Assembly: GCF_009914755.1 (NCBI RefSeq)
Contig: NC_060938.1
Source: the human T2T-CHM13v2.0 reference genome, Homo sapiens
Direction: 5' to 3' (one strand)
Length of the DNA: 64,000 nt
The notes beneath the pieces were generated by a model. The model was not told the DNA's origin and made no database searches. It saw only the letters and a list, made by a program, of their open reading frames with translations. Positions 38,401 through 51,832 of this stretch are shown here, one piece after another. Each line of letters starts with the position of its first letter. Position 1 is the first letter of the stretch. A program made the position numbers and the translations under genes.

Positions 38401-41400
38401 GATGCTGCTGTCTACTTTTTATACGTAATCCCGTTTCCAACGAAATCCTCCAAGCTATCCAAATATCCACTTGCAGATTCCACAGAAAGACTGTTTCAAA
38501 ACTGCTCTGTCAATAGAAAGGTTCAACTCTGTTAGCTGCATGCATATATCCCAAAGAAGATTCTGAGATTGCTTCTGTCTAGTTTTTATGGGAAGATATT
38601 TCCCTTTTCACCGTAGGCGTCAAGGCGCTCCAAATGTCCACTTCCAGATACTACAAAAAGAGTGTTTCAAACCTACTCTGTGAAAGGGAATATTCAACTC
38701 TGTGACTTGAATGCACATATCACAAGGAAGTTTCTGAGAATGCTTCTGTCGAGATTTTATATGAAGATATTCCCGTTTCCAATGAAATGCTGAAATCTAT
38801 CCAAATATCCCCTCGCAGATTCTACAAAAAGAGTGTTTCAAAACTGCTCTGTGAAAAGAAAGGTTCAACTCTGTTAGTTGAGTACACACATCACAAACAA
38901 GTTTCACAGAATGCTTCTTTCTAGCTTGTAGGGGAAGATATTCCCTTTATCACCATGGGCCTCCAACCGTCCGAAACATCCACTTCCATATACTACAAAA
39001 AGAGCGTTTCAAACCTGCTCTATGAAAGGCAATGTTCAACTCTGTGACTTGAATGCAGACATCACAGAGCAGTTTCTGAGAATGCTTCTGTCTAGATTTT
39101 ATAGGAAGATATTCCCGTTTCCAACGAAATCTTCACAGCTATCCAAATATCCACTTGCAGATTCTACAAAAAGAGTGTATCAAAACTGCTCTGTCAAAAG
39201 GAAGGTTCTTCTCTGTTAGGTGAGTGCATACGTCATAAAGGAGTTTCTGAGAATGTTTCTGTCTAGTGGTTATGGGAAGATATTTGCTTTTTCACCGTAG
39301 GCCTCAGAGCGCTCCAAATATCCACTTGCACATACTACAAAAAGAGTGCTTCAAAGCTGCTCTCTGAAACGGAATGTTCAACTCTATGAGTTGAATGCAA
39401 ACATCACAAAGACGTTTCTGAGAATGCTTCTGTCTAGATTTGATATGAAGATATTCCCGTTTCCAACGAAATCTTCAAATCTATCCAAATGTCCACTTGC
39501 AGATTCAACAAAATGTGTTTTTCAGAACTGCTCTATCAAAAGAAAGATCCACCTCTGTTAGCTGAGTTCACACATCACAAACAAGTTTATGAGAATGCTT
39601 CTGTCTAGTTTTTATTTGAAGATATTTCCTTTCTCACCATAGAGCTGAAAGCTGTCCTAATGTTCACTTCCAGATACTACAGAAAGAGTGTTTCAAAACT
39701 GCTGTACGAAAGGGAATGTTCAACTCTGTGACTTGAATGCACACATCACAAAGAAGTTTCTGAGGATGCTGCTGTCTACTTTTTATACGTAATCCCGTTT
39801 CCAACGAAATCCTCCAAGCTATCCAAATATCCACTTGCAGATTCCACAGAAAGACTGTTTCAAAACTGCTCTGTCAATAGAAAGGTTCAACTCTGTTAGC
39901 TGCATGCATATATCCCAAAGAAGATTCTGAGATTGCTTCTGTCTAGTTTTTATGGGAAGATATTTCCCTTTTCACCGTAGGCGTCAAGGCGCTCCAAATG
40001 TCCACTTCCAGATACTACAAAAAGAGTGTTTCAAACCTACTCTGTGAAAGGGAATATTCAACTCTGTGACTTGAATGCACATATCACAAGGAAGTTTCTG
40101 AGAATGCTTCTGTCGAGATTTTATATGAAGATATTCCCGTTTCCAACGAAATGCTGAAATCTATCCAAATATCCCCTCGCAGATTCTACAAAAAGAGTGT
40201 TTCAAAACTGCTCTGTAAAAAGAAAGGTTCAACTCTGTTAGTTGAGTACACACATCACAAACAAGTTTCACACAATGCTTCTTTCTAGCTTGTAGGGGAA
40301 GATATTCCCTTTATCACCATGGGCCTCAAACCGTCCGATAAGTCCACTTCCATATACTACAAAAAGAGCGTTTCAAACCTGCTCTATGAAAGGCAATGTT
40401 CAACTCTGTGACTTGAATGCAGACATCACAGAGCAGTTTCTGAGAATGCTTCTGTCTAGATTTTATAGGAAGATATTCCCGTTTCCAACGAAATCTTCAC
40501 AGCTATCCAAATATCCACTTGCAGATTCTACAAAAAGAGTGTATCAAAACTGCTCTGTCAAAAGGAAGGTTCTTTTCTGTTAGGTGAGTGCATACGTCAT
40601 AAAGGAGTTTCTGAGAATGTTTCTGTCTAGTGGTTATGGGAAGATATTTGCTTTTTCACCGTAGGCCTCAGAGCGCTCCAAATATCCACTTGCACATACT
40701 ACAAAAAGAGTGCCTCAAAGCTGCTCTCTGAAACGGAATGTTCAACTCTATGAGTTGAATGCAAACATCGCAAAGACGTTTCTGAGAATGCTTCTGTCTA
40801 GATTTGATATGAAGATATTCCCGTTTCCAACGAAATCTTCAAATCTATCCAAATGTCCACTTGCAGATTCAACAAAAAGTGTTTTTCAGAACTGCTCTAT
40901 CAAAAGAAAGATCCACCTCTGTTAGCTGAGTTCACACATCACAAACAAGTTTATGAGAATGCTTCTGTCTAGTTTTTATTTGAAGATATTTCCTTTCTCA
41001 CCATAGAGCTGAAAGCTGTCCTAATGTTCACTTCCAGATACTACAGAAAGAGTGTTTCAAAACTGCTGTACGAAAGGGAATGTTCAACTCTGTGACTTGA
41101 ATGCACACATCACAAAGAAGTTTCTGAGGATGCTGCTGTCTACTTTTTATACGTAATCCCGTTTCCAACGAAATCCTCCAAGCTATCCAAATATCCACTT
41201 GCAGATTCCACAGAAAGACTGTTTCAAAACTGCTCTGTCAATAGAAAGGTTCAACTCTGTTAGCTGCATGCATATATCCCAAAGAAGATTCTGAGATTGC
41301 TTCTGTCTAGTTTTTATGGGAAGATATTTCCCTTTTCACCGTAGGCGTCAAGGCGCTCCAAATGTCCACTTCCAGATACTACAAAAAGAGTGTTTCAAAC

Positions 41401-44400
41401 CTACTCTGTGAAAGGGAATATTCAACTCTGTGACTTGAATGCACATATCACAAGGAAGTTTCTGAGAATGCTTCTGTCGAGATTTTATATGAAGATATTC
41501 CCGTTTCCAACGAAATGCTGAAATCTATCCAAATATCCCCTCGCAGATTCTACAAAAAGAGTGTTTCAAAACTGCTCTGTGAAAAGAAAGGTTCAACTCT
41601 GTTAGTTGAGTACACACATCACAAACAAGTTTCACAGAATGCTTCTTTCTAGCTTGTAGGGGAAGATATTCCCTTTATCACCATGGGCCTCCAACCGTCC
41701 GAAACATCCACTTCCATATACTACAAAAAGAGCGTTTCAAACCTGCTCTATGAAAGGCAATGTTCAACTCTGTGACTTGAATGCAGACATCACAGAGCAG
41801 TTTCTGAGAATGCTTCTGTCTAGATTTTATAGGAAGATATTCCCGTTTCCAACGAAATCTTCACAGCTATCCAAATATCCACTTGCAGATTCTACAAAAA
41901 GAGTGTATCAAAACTGCTCTGTCAAAAGGAAGGTTCTTCTCTGTTAGGTGAGTGCATACGTCATAAAGGAGTTTCTGAGAATGTTTCTGTCTAGTGGTTA
42001 TGGGAAGATATTTGCTTTTTCACCGTAGGCCTCAGAGCGCTCCAAATATCCACTTGCACATACTACAAAAAGAGTGCTTCATAGCTGCTCTCTGAAACGG
42101 AATGTTCAACTCTATGAGTTGAATGCAAACATCACAAAGACGTTTCTGAGAATGCTTCTGTCTAGATTTGATATGAAGATATTCCCGTTTCCAACGAAAT
42201 CTTCAAATCTATCCAAATGTCCACTTGCAGATTCAACAAAAAGTGTTTTTCAGAACTGCTCTATCAAAAGAAAGATCCACCTCTGTTAGCTGAGTTCACA
42301 CATCACAAACAAGTTTATGAGAATGCTTCTGTCTAGTTTTTATTTGAAGATATTTCCTTTCTCACCATAGAGCTGAAAGCTGTCCTAATGTTCACTTCCA
42401 GATACTACAGAAAGAGTGTTTCAAAACTGCTGTACGAAAGGGAATGTTCAACTCTGTGACTTGAATGCACACATCACAAAGAAGTTTCTGAGGATGCTGC
42501 TGTCTACTTTTTATACGTAATCCCGTTTCCAACGAAATCCTCCAAGCTATCCAAATATCCACTTGCAGATTCCACAGAAAGACTGTTTCAAAACTGCTCT
42601 GTCAATAGAAAGGTTCAACTCTGTTAGCTGCATGCATATATCCCAAAGAAGATTCTGAGATTGCTTCTGTCTAGTTTTTATGGGAAGATATTTCCCTTTT
42701 CACCGTAGGCGTCAAGGCGCTCCAAATGTCCACTTCCAGATACTACAAAAAGAGTGTTTCAAACCTACTCTGTGAAAGGGAATATTCAACTCTGTGACTT
42801 GAATGCACATATCACAAGGAAGTTTCTGAGAATGCTTCTGTCGAGATTTTATATGAAGATATTCCCGTTTCCAACGAAATCCTGAAATCTATCCAAATAT
42901 CCCCTTGCAGATTCTACAAAAAGAGTGTTTCAAAACTGCTCTGTAAAAAGAAAGGTTCAACTCTGTTAGTTGAGTACACACATCACAAACAAGTTTCACA
43001 CAATGCTTCTTTCTAGCTTGTAGGGGAAGATATTCCCTTTATCACCATGGGCCTCAAACCGTCCGAAAAGTCCACTTCCATATACTACAAAAAGAGCGTT
43101 TCAAACCTGCTCTATGAAAGGCAATGTTCAACTCTGTGACTTGAATGCAGACATCACAGAGCAGTTTCTGAGAATGCTTCTGTCTAGATTTTATAGGAAG
43201 ATATTCCCGTTTCCAACGAAATCTTCACAGCTATCCAAATATCCACTTGCAGATTCTACAAAAAGAGTGTATCAAAACTGCTCTGTCAAAAGGAAGGTTC
43301 TTTTCTGTTAGGTGAGTGCATACGTCATAAAGGAGTTTCTGAGAATGTTTCTGTCTAGTGGTTATGGGAAGATATTTGCTTTTTCACCGTAGGCCTCAGA
43401 GCGCTCCAAATATCCACTTGCACATACTACAAAAAGAGTGCCTCAAAGCTGCTCTCTGAAACGGAATGTTCAACTCTATGAGTTGAATGCAAACATCGCA
43501 AAGACGTTTCTGAGAATGCTTCTGTCTAGATTTGATATGAAGATATTCCCGTTTCCAACGAAATCTTCAAATCTATCCAAATGTCCACTTGCAGATTCAA
43601 CAAAAAGTGTTTTTCAGAACTGCTCTATCAAAAGAAAGATCCACCTCTGTTAGCTGAGTTCACACATCACAAACAAGTTTATGAGAATGCTTCTGTCTAG
43701 TTTTTATTTGAAGATATTTCCTTTCTCACCATAGAGCTGAAAGCTGTCCTAATGTTCACTTCCAGATACTACAGAAAGAGTGTTTCAAAACTGCTGTACG
43801 AAAGGGAATGTTCAACTCTGTGACTTGAATGCACACATCACAAAGAAGTTTCTGAGGATGCTGCTGTCTACTTTTTATACGTAACCCCGTTTCCAACGAA
43901 ATCCTCCAAGCTATCCAAATATCCACTTGCAGATTCCACAGAAAGACTGTTTCAAAACTGCTCTGTCAATAGAAAGGTTCAACTCTGTTAGCTGCATGCA
44001 TATATCCCAAAGAAGATTCTGAGATTGCTTCTGTCTAGTTTTTATGGGAAGATATTTCCCTTTTCACCGTAGGCGTCAAGGCGCTCCAAATGTCCACTTC
44101 CAGATACTACAAAAAGAGTGTTTCAAACCTACTCTGTGAAAGGGAATATTCAACTCTGTGACTTGAATGCACATATCACAAGGAAGTTTCTGAGAATGCT
44201 TCTGTCGAGATTTTATATGAAGATATTCCCGTTTCCAACGAAATCCTGAAATCTATCCAAATATCCCCTTGCAGATTCTACAAAAAGAGTGTTTCAAAAC
44301 TGCTCTGTAAAAAGAAAGGTTCAACTCTGTTAGTTGAGTACACACATCACAAACAAGTTTCACACAATGCTTCTTTCTAGCTTGTAGGGGAAGATATTCC

Positions 44401-47400
44401 CTTTATCACCATGGGCCTCAAACCGTCCGATAAGTCCACTTCCATATACTACAAAAAGAGCGTTTCAAACCTGCTCTATGAAAGGCAATGTTCAACTCTG
44501 TGACTTGAATGCAGACATCGCAGAGCAGTTTCTGAGAATGCTTCTGTCTAGATTTTATAGGAAGATATTCCCGTTTCCAACGAAATCTTCACAGCTATCC
44601 AAATATCCACTTGCAGATTCTACAAAAAGAGTGTATCAAAACTGCTCTGTCAAAAGGAAGTTTCTTGTCTGTTAGGTGAGTGCATACGTCATAAAGGAGT
44701 TTCTGAGAATGTTTCTGTCTAGTGGTTATGGGAAGATATTTGCTTTTTCACCGTAGGCCTCAGAGCGCTCCAAATATCCACTTGCACATACTACAAAAAG
44801 AGTGCCTCAAAGCTGCTCTCTGAAACGGAATGTTCAACTCTATGAGTTGAATGCAAACATCGCAAAGACGTTTCTGAGAATGCTTCTGTCTAGATTTGAT
44901 ATGAAGATATTCCCGTTTCCAACGAAATCTTCAAATCTATCCAAATGTCCACTTGCAGATTCAACAAAAAGTGTTTTTCAGAACTGCTCTATCAAAAGAA
45001 AGATCCACCTCTGTTAGCTGAGTTCACACATCACAAACAAGTTTATGAGAATGCTTCTGTCTAGTTTTTATTTGAAGATATTTCCTTTCTCACCATAGAG
45101 CTGAAAGCTGTCCTAATGTTCACTTCCAGATACTACAGAAAGAGTGTTTCAAAACTGCTGTACGAAAGGGAATGTTCAACTCTGTGACTTGAATGCACAC
45201 ATCACAAAGAAGTTTCTGAGGATGCTGCTGTCTACTTTTTATACGTAATCCCGTTTCCAACGAAATCCTCCAAGCTATCCAAATATCCACTTGCAGATTC
45301 CACAGAAAGACTGTTTCAAAACTGCTCTGTCAATAGAAAGGTTCAACTCTGTTAGCTGCATGCATATATCCCAAAGAAGATTCTGAGATTGCTTCTGTCT
45401 AGTTTTTATGGGAAGATATTTCCCTTTTCACCGTAGGCGTCAAGGCGCTCCAAATGTCCACTTCCAGATACTACAAAAAGAGTGTTTCAAACCTACTCTG
45501 TGAAAGGGAATATTCAACTCTGTGACTTGAATGCACATATCACAAGGAAGTTTCTGAGAATGCTTCTGTCGAGATTTTATATGAAGATATTCCCGTTTCC
45601 AACGAAATCCTGAAATCTATCCAAATATCCCCTTGCAGATTCTACAAAAAGAGTGTTTCAAAACTGCTCTGTAAAAAGAAAGGTTCAACTCTGTTAGTTG
45701 AGTACACACATCACAAACAAGTTTCACACAATGCTTCTTTCTAGCTTGTAGGGGAAGATATTCCCTTTATCACCATGGGCCTCAAACCGTCCGAAAAGTC
45801 CACTTCCATATACTACAAAAAGAGCGTTTCAAACCTGCTCTATGAAAGGCAATGTTCAACTCTGTGACTTGAATGCAGACATCACAGAGCAGTTTCTGAG
45901 AATGCTTCTGTCTAGATTTTATAGGAAGATATTCCCGTTTCCAACGAAATCTTCACAGCTATCCAAATATCCACTTGCAGATTCTACAAAAAGAGTGTAT
46001 CAAAACTGCTCTGTCAAAAGGAAGGTTCTTTTCTGTTAGGTGAGTGCATACGTCATAAAGGAGTTTCTGAGAATGTTTCTGTCTAGTGGTTATGGGAAGA
46101 TATTTGCTTTTTCACCGTAGGCCTCAGAGCGCTCCAAATATCCACTTGCACATACTACAAAAAGAGTGCCTCAAAGCTGCTCTCTGAAACGGAATGTTCA
46201 ACTCTATGAGTTGAATGCAAACATCGCAAAGACGTTTCTGAGAATGCTTCTGTCTAGATTTGATATGAAGATATTCCCGTTTCCAACGAAATCTTCAAAT
46301 CTATCCAAATGTCCACTTGCAGATTCAACAAAAAGTGTTTTTCAGAACTGCTCTATCAAAAGAAAGATCCACCTCTGTTAGCTGAGTTCACACATCACAA
46401 ACAAGTTTATGAGAATGCTTCTGTCTAGTTTTTATTTGAAGATATTTCCTTTCTCACCATAGAGCTGAAAGCTGTCCTAATGTTCACTTCCAGATACTAC
46501 AGAAAGAGTGTTTCAAAACTGCTGTACGAAAGGGAATGTTCAACTCTGTGACTTGAATGCACACATCACAAAGAAGTTTCTGAGGATGCTGCTGTCTACT
46601 TTTTATACGTAATCCCGTTTCCAACGAAATCCTCCAAGCTATCCAAATATCCACTTGCAGATTCCACAGAAAGACTGTTTCAAAACTGCTCTGTCAATAG
46701 AAAGGTTCAACTCTGTTAGCTGCGTGCATATATCCCAAAGAAGATTCTGAGATTGCTTCTGTCTAGTTTTTATGGGAAGATATTTCCCTTTTCACCGTAG
46801 GCGTCAAGGCGCTCCAAATGTCCACTTCCAGATACTACAAAAAGAGTGTTTCAAACCTACTCTGTGAAAGGGAATATTCAACTCTGTGACTTGAATGCAC
46901 ATATCACAAGGAAGTTTCTGAGAATGCTTCTGTCGAGATTTTATATGAAGATATTCCCGTTTCCAACGAAATCCTGAAATCTATCCAAATATCCCCTTGC
47001 AGATTCTACAAAAAGAGTGTTTCAAAACTGCTCTGTAAAAAGAAAGGTTCAACTCTGTTAGTTGAGTACACACATCACAAACAAGTTTCACACAATGCTT
47101 CTTTCTAGCTTGTAGGGGAAGATATTCCCTTTATCACCATGGGCCTCAAACCGTCCGAAAAGTCCACTTCCATATACTACAAAAAGAGCGTTTCAAACCT
47201 GCTCTATGAAAGGCAATGTTCAACTCTGTGACTTGAATGCAGACATCACAGAGCAGTTTCTGAGAATGCTTCTGTCTAGATTTTATAGGAAGATATTCCC
47301 GTTTCCAACGAAATCTTCACAGCTATCCAAATATCCACTTGCAGATTCTACAAAAAGAGTGTATCAAAACTGCTCTGTCAAAAGGAAGGTTCTTTTCTGT

Positions 47401-50400
47401 TAGGTGAGTGCATACGTCATAAAGGAGTTTCTGAGAATGTTTCTGTCTAGTGGTTATGGGAAGATATTTGCTTTTTCACCGTAGGCCTCAGAGCGCTCCA
47501 AATATCCACTTGCACATACTACAAAAAGAGTGCCTCAAAGCTGCTCTCTGAAACGGAATGTTCAACTCTATGAGTTGAATGCAAACATCGCAAAGACGTT
47601 TCTGAGAATGCTTCTGTCTAGATTTGATATGAAGATATTCCCGTTTCCAACGAAATCTTCAAATCTATCCAAATGTCCACTTGCAGATTCAACAAAAAGT
47701 GTTTTTCAGAACTGCTCTATCAAAAGAAAGATCCACCTCTGTTAGCTGAGTTCACACATCACAAACAAGTTTATGAGAATGCTTCTGTCTAGTTTTTATT
47801 TGAAGATATTTCCTTTCTCACCATAGAGCTGAAAGCTGTCCTAATGTTCACTTCCAGATACTACAGAAAGAGTGTTTCAAAACTGCTGTACGAAAGGGAA
47901 TGTTCAACTCTGTGACTTGAATGCACACATCACAAAGAAGTTTCTGAGGATGCTGCTGTCTACTTTTTATACGTAATCCCGTTTCCAACGAAATCCTCCA
48001 AGCTATCCAAATATCCACTTGCAGATTCCACAGAAAGACTGTTTCAAAACTGCTCTGTCAATAGAAAGGTTCAACTCTGTTAGCTGCGTGCATATATCCC
48101 AAAGAAGATTCTGAGATTGCTTCTGTCTAGTTTTTATGGGAAGATATTTCCCTTTTCACCGTAGGCGTCAAGGCGCTCCAAATGTCCACTTCCAGATACT
48201 ACAAAAAGAGTGTTTCAAACCTACTCTGTGAAAGGGAATATTCAACTCTGTGACTTGAATGCACATATCACAAGGAAGTTTCTGAGAATGCTTCTGTCGA
48301 GATTTTATATGAAGATATTCCCGTTTCCAACGAAATCCTGAAATCTATCCAAATATCCCCTCGCAGATTCTACAAAAAGAGTGTTTCAAAACTGCTCTGT
48401 GAAAAGAAAGGTTCAACTCTGTTAGTTGAGTACACACATCACAAACAAGTTTCACAGAATGCTTCTTTCTAGCTTGTAGGGGAAGATATTCCCTTTATCA
48501 CCATGGGCCTCCAACCGTCCGAAACATCCACTTCCATATACTACAAAAAGAGTGTTTCAAACCTGCTCTATGAAAGGCAATGTTCAACTCTGTGACTTGA
48601 ATGCAGACATCACAGAGCAGTTTCTGAGAATGCTTCTGTCTAGATTTTATAGGAAGATATTCCCGTTTCCAACGAAATCTTCACAGCTATCCAAATATCC
48701 ACTTGCAGATTCTACAAAAAGAGTGTATCAAAACTGCTCTGTCAAAAGGAAGGTTCTTCTCTGTTAGGTGAGTGCATACGTCATAAAGGAGTTTCTGAGA
48801 ATGTTTCTGTCTAGTGGTTATGGGAAGATATTTGCTTTTTCACCGTAGGCCTCAGAGCGCTCCAAATATCCACTTGCACATACTACAAAAAGAGTGCTTC
48901 AAAGCTGCTCTCTGAAACGGAATGTTCAACTCTATGAGTTGAATGCAAACATCGCAAAGACGTTTCTGAGAATGCTTCTGTCTAGATTTGATATGAAGAT
49001 ATTCCCGTTTCCAACGAAATCTTCAAATCTATCCAAATGTCCACTTGCAGATTCAACAAAAAGTGTTTTTCAGAACTGCTCTATCAAAAGAAAGATCCAC
49101 CTCTGTTAGCTGAGTTCACACATCACAAACAAGTTTATGAGAATGCTTCTGTCTAGTTTTTATTTGAAGATATTTCCTTTCTCACCATAGAGCTGAAAGC
49201 TGTCCTAATGTTCACTTCCAGATACTACAGAAAGAGTGTTTCAAAACTGCTGTACGAAAGGGAATGTTCAACTCTGTGACTTGAATGCACACATCACAAA
49301 GAAGTTTCTGAGGATGCTGCTGTCTACTTTTTATACGTAATCCCGTTTCCAACGAAATCCTCCAAGCTATCCAAATATCCACTTGCAGATTCCACAGAAA
49401 GACTGTTTCAAAACTGCTCTGTCAATAGAAAGGTTCAACTCTGTTAGCTGCATGCATATATCCCAAAGAAGATTCTGAGATTGCTTCTGTCTAGTTTTTA
49501 TGGGAAGATATTTCCCTTTTCACCGTAGGCGTCAAGGCGCTCCAAATGTCCACTTCCAGATACTACAAAAAGAGTGTTTCAAACCTACTCTGTGAAAGGG
49601 AATATTCAACTCTGTGACTTGAATGCACATATCACAAGGAAGTTTCTGAGAATGCTTCTGTCGAGATTTTATATGAAGATATTCCCGTTTCCAACGAAAT
49701 CCTGAAATCTATCCAAATATCCCCTTGCAGATTCTACAAAAAGAGTGTTTCAAAACTGCTCTGTAAAAAGAAAGGTTCAACTCTGTTAGTTGAGTACACA
49801 CATCACAAACAAGTTTCACACAATGCTTCTTTCTAGCTTGTAGGGGAAGATATTCCCTTTATCACCATGGGCCTCAAACCGTCCGATAAGTCCACTTCCA
49901 TATACTACAAAAAGAGCGTTTCAAACCTGCTCTATGAAAGGCAATGTTCAACTCTGTGACTTGAATGCAGACATCGCAGAGCAGTGTCTGAGAATGCTTC
50001 TGTCTAGATTTTATAGGAAGATATTCCCGTTTCCAACGAAATCTTCACAGCTATCCAAATATCCACTTGCAGATTCTACAAAAAGAGTGTATCAAAACTG
50101 CTCTGTCAAAAGGAAGGTTCTTTTCTGTTAGGTGAGTGCATACGTCATAAAGGAGTTTCTGAGAATGTTTCTGTCTAGTGGTTATGGGAAGATATTTGCT
50201 TTTTCACCGTAGGCCTCAGAGCGCTCCAAATATCCACTTGCACATACTACAAAAAGAGTGCCTCAAAGCTGCTCTCTGAAACGGAATGTTCAACTCTATG
50301 AGTTGAATGCAAACATCGCAAAGACGTTTCTGAGAATGCTTCTGTCTAGATTTGATATGAAGATATTCCCGTTTCCAACGAAATCTTCAAATCTATCCAA

Positions 50401-50468
50401 ATGTCCACTTGCAGATTCAACAAAAAGTGTTTTTCAGAACTGCTCTATCAAAAGAAAGATCCACCTCT
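35465..50468. repeat. Copy 2 (11 HORs, units 27-37) of a large tandem duplication
   Basis: SNP pairs 21622/37990, 22415/38783, 23146/39514, 25714/42082, 27517/43885, 28293/44661 (offset 16368); 33549/48553, 34982/49986 (offset 15004). Confidence 0.92.
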
Positions 50469-51832
50469 GTTAGCTGAGTTCACACATCACAAACAAGTTT
50501 ATGAGAATGCTTCTGTCTAGTTTTTATTTGAAGATATTTCCTTTCTCACCATAGAGCTGAAAGCTGTCCTAATGTTCACTTCCAGATACTACAGAAAGAG
50601 TGTTTCAAAACTGCTGTACGAAAGGGAATGTTCAACTCTGTGACTTGAATGCACACATCACAAAGAAGTTTCTGAGGATGCTGCTGTCTACTTTTTATAC
50701 GTAATCCCGTTTCCAACGAAATCCTCCAAGCTATCCAAATATCCACTTGCAGATTCCACAGAAAGACTGTTTCAAAACTGCTCTGTCAATAGAAAGGTTC
50801 AACTCTGTTAGCTGCATGCATATATCCCAAAGAAGATTCTGAGATTGCTTCTGTCTAGTTTTTATGGGAAGATATTTCCCTTTTCACCGTAGGCGTCAAG
50901 GCGCTCCAAATGTCCACTTCCAGATACTACAAAAAGAGTGTTTCAAACCTACTCTGTGAAAGGGAATATTCAACTCTGTGACTTGAATGCACATATCACA
51001 AGGAAGTTTCTGAGAATGCTTCTGTCGAGATTTTATATGAAGATATTCCCGTTTCCAACGAAATCCTGAAATCTATCCAAATATCCCCTTGCAGATTCTA
51101 CAAAAAGAGTGTTTCAAAACTGCTCTGTAAAAAGAAAGGTTCAACTCTGTTAGTTGAGTACACACATCACAAACAAGTTTCACACAATGCTTCTTTCTAG
51201 CTTGTAGGGGAAGATATTCCCTTTATCACCATGGGCCTCAAACCGTCCGAAAAGTCCACTTCCATATACTACAAAAAGAGCGTTTCAAACCTGCTCTATG
51301 AAAGGCAATGTTCAACTCTGTGACTTGAATGCAGACATCACAGAGCAGTTTCTGAGAATGCTTCTGTCTAGATTTTATAGGAAGATATTCCCGTTTCCAA
51401 CGAAATCTTCACAGCTATCCAAATATCCACTTGCAGATTCTACAAAAAGAGTGTATCAAAACTGCTCTGTCAAAAGGAAGGTTCTTTTCTGTTAGGTGAG
51501 TGCATACGTCATAAAGGAGTTTCTGAGAATGTTTCTGTCTAGTGGTTATGGGAAGATATTTGCTTTTTCACCGTAGGCCTCAGAGCGCTCCAAATATCCA
51601 CTTGCACATACTACAAAAAGAGTGCCTCAAAGCTGCTCTCTGAAACGGAATGTTCAACTCTATGAGTTGAATGCAAACATCGCAAAGACGTTTCTGAGAA
51701 TGCTTCTGTCTAGATTTGATATGAAGATATTCCCGTTTCCAACGAAATCTTCAAATCTATCCAAATGTCCACTTGCAGATTCAACAAAAAGTGTTTTTCA
51801 GAACTGCTCTATCAAAAGAAAGATCCACCTCT

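Noticed and set aside
33548-48767. N-terminally extended ORFs (MFQTCS...) at 33548 and 48552
   Set aside because: A GCG>GTG substitution gives an alternative start call; it simply marks the large duplication.
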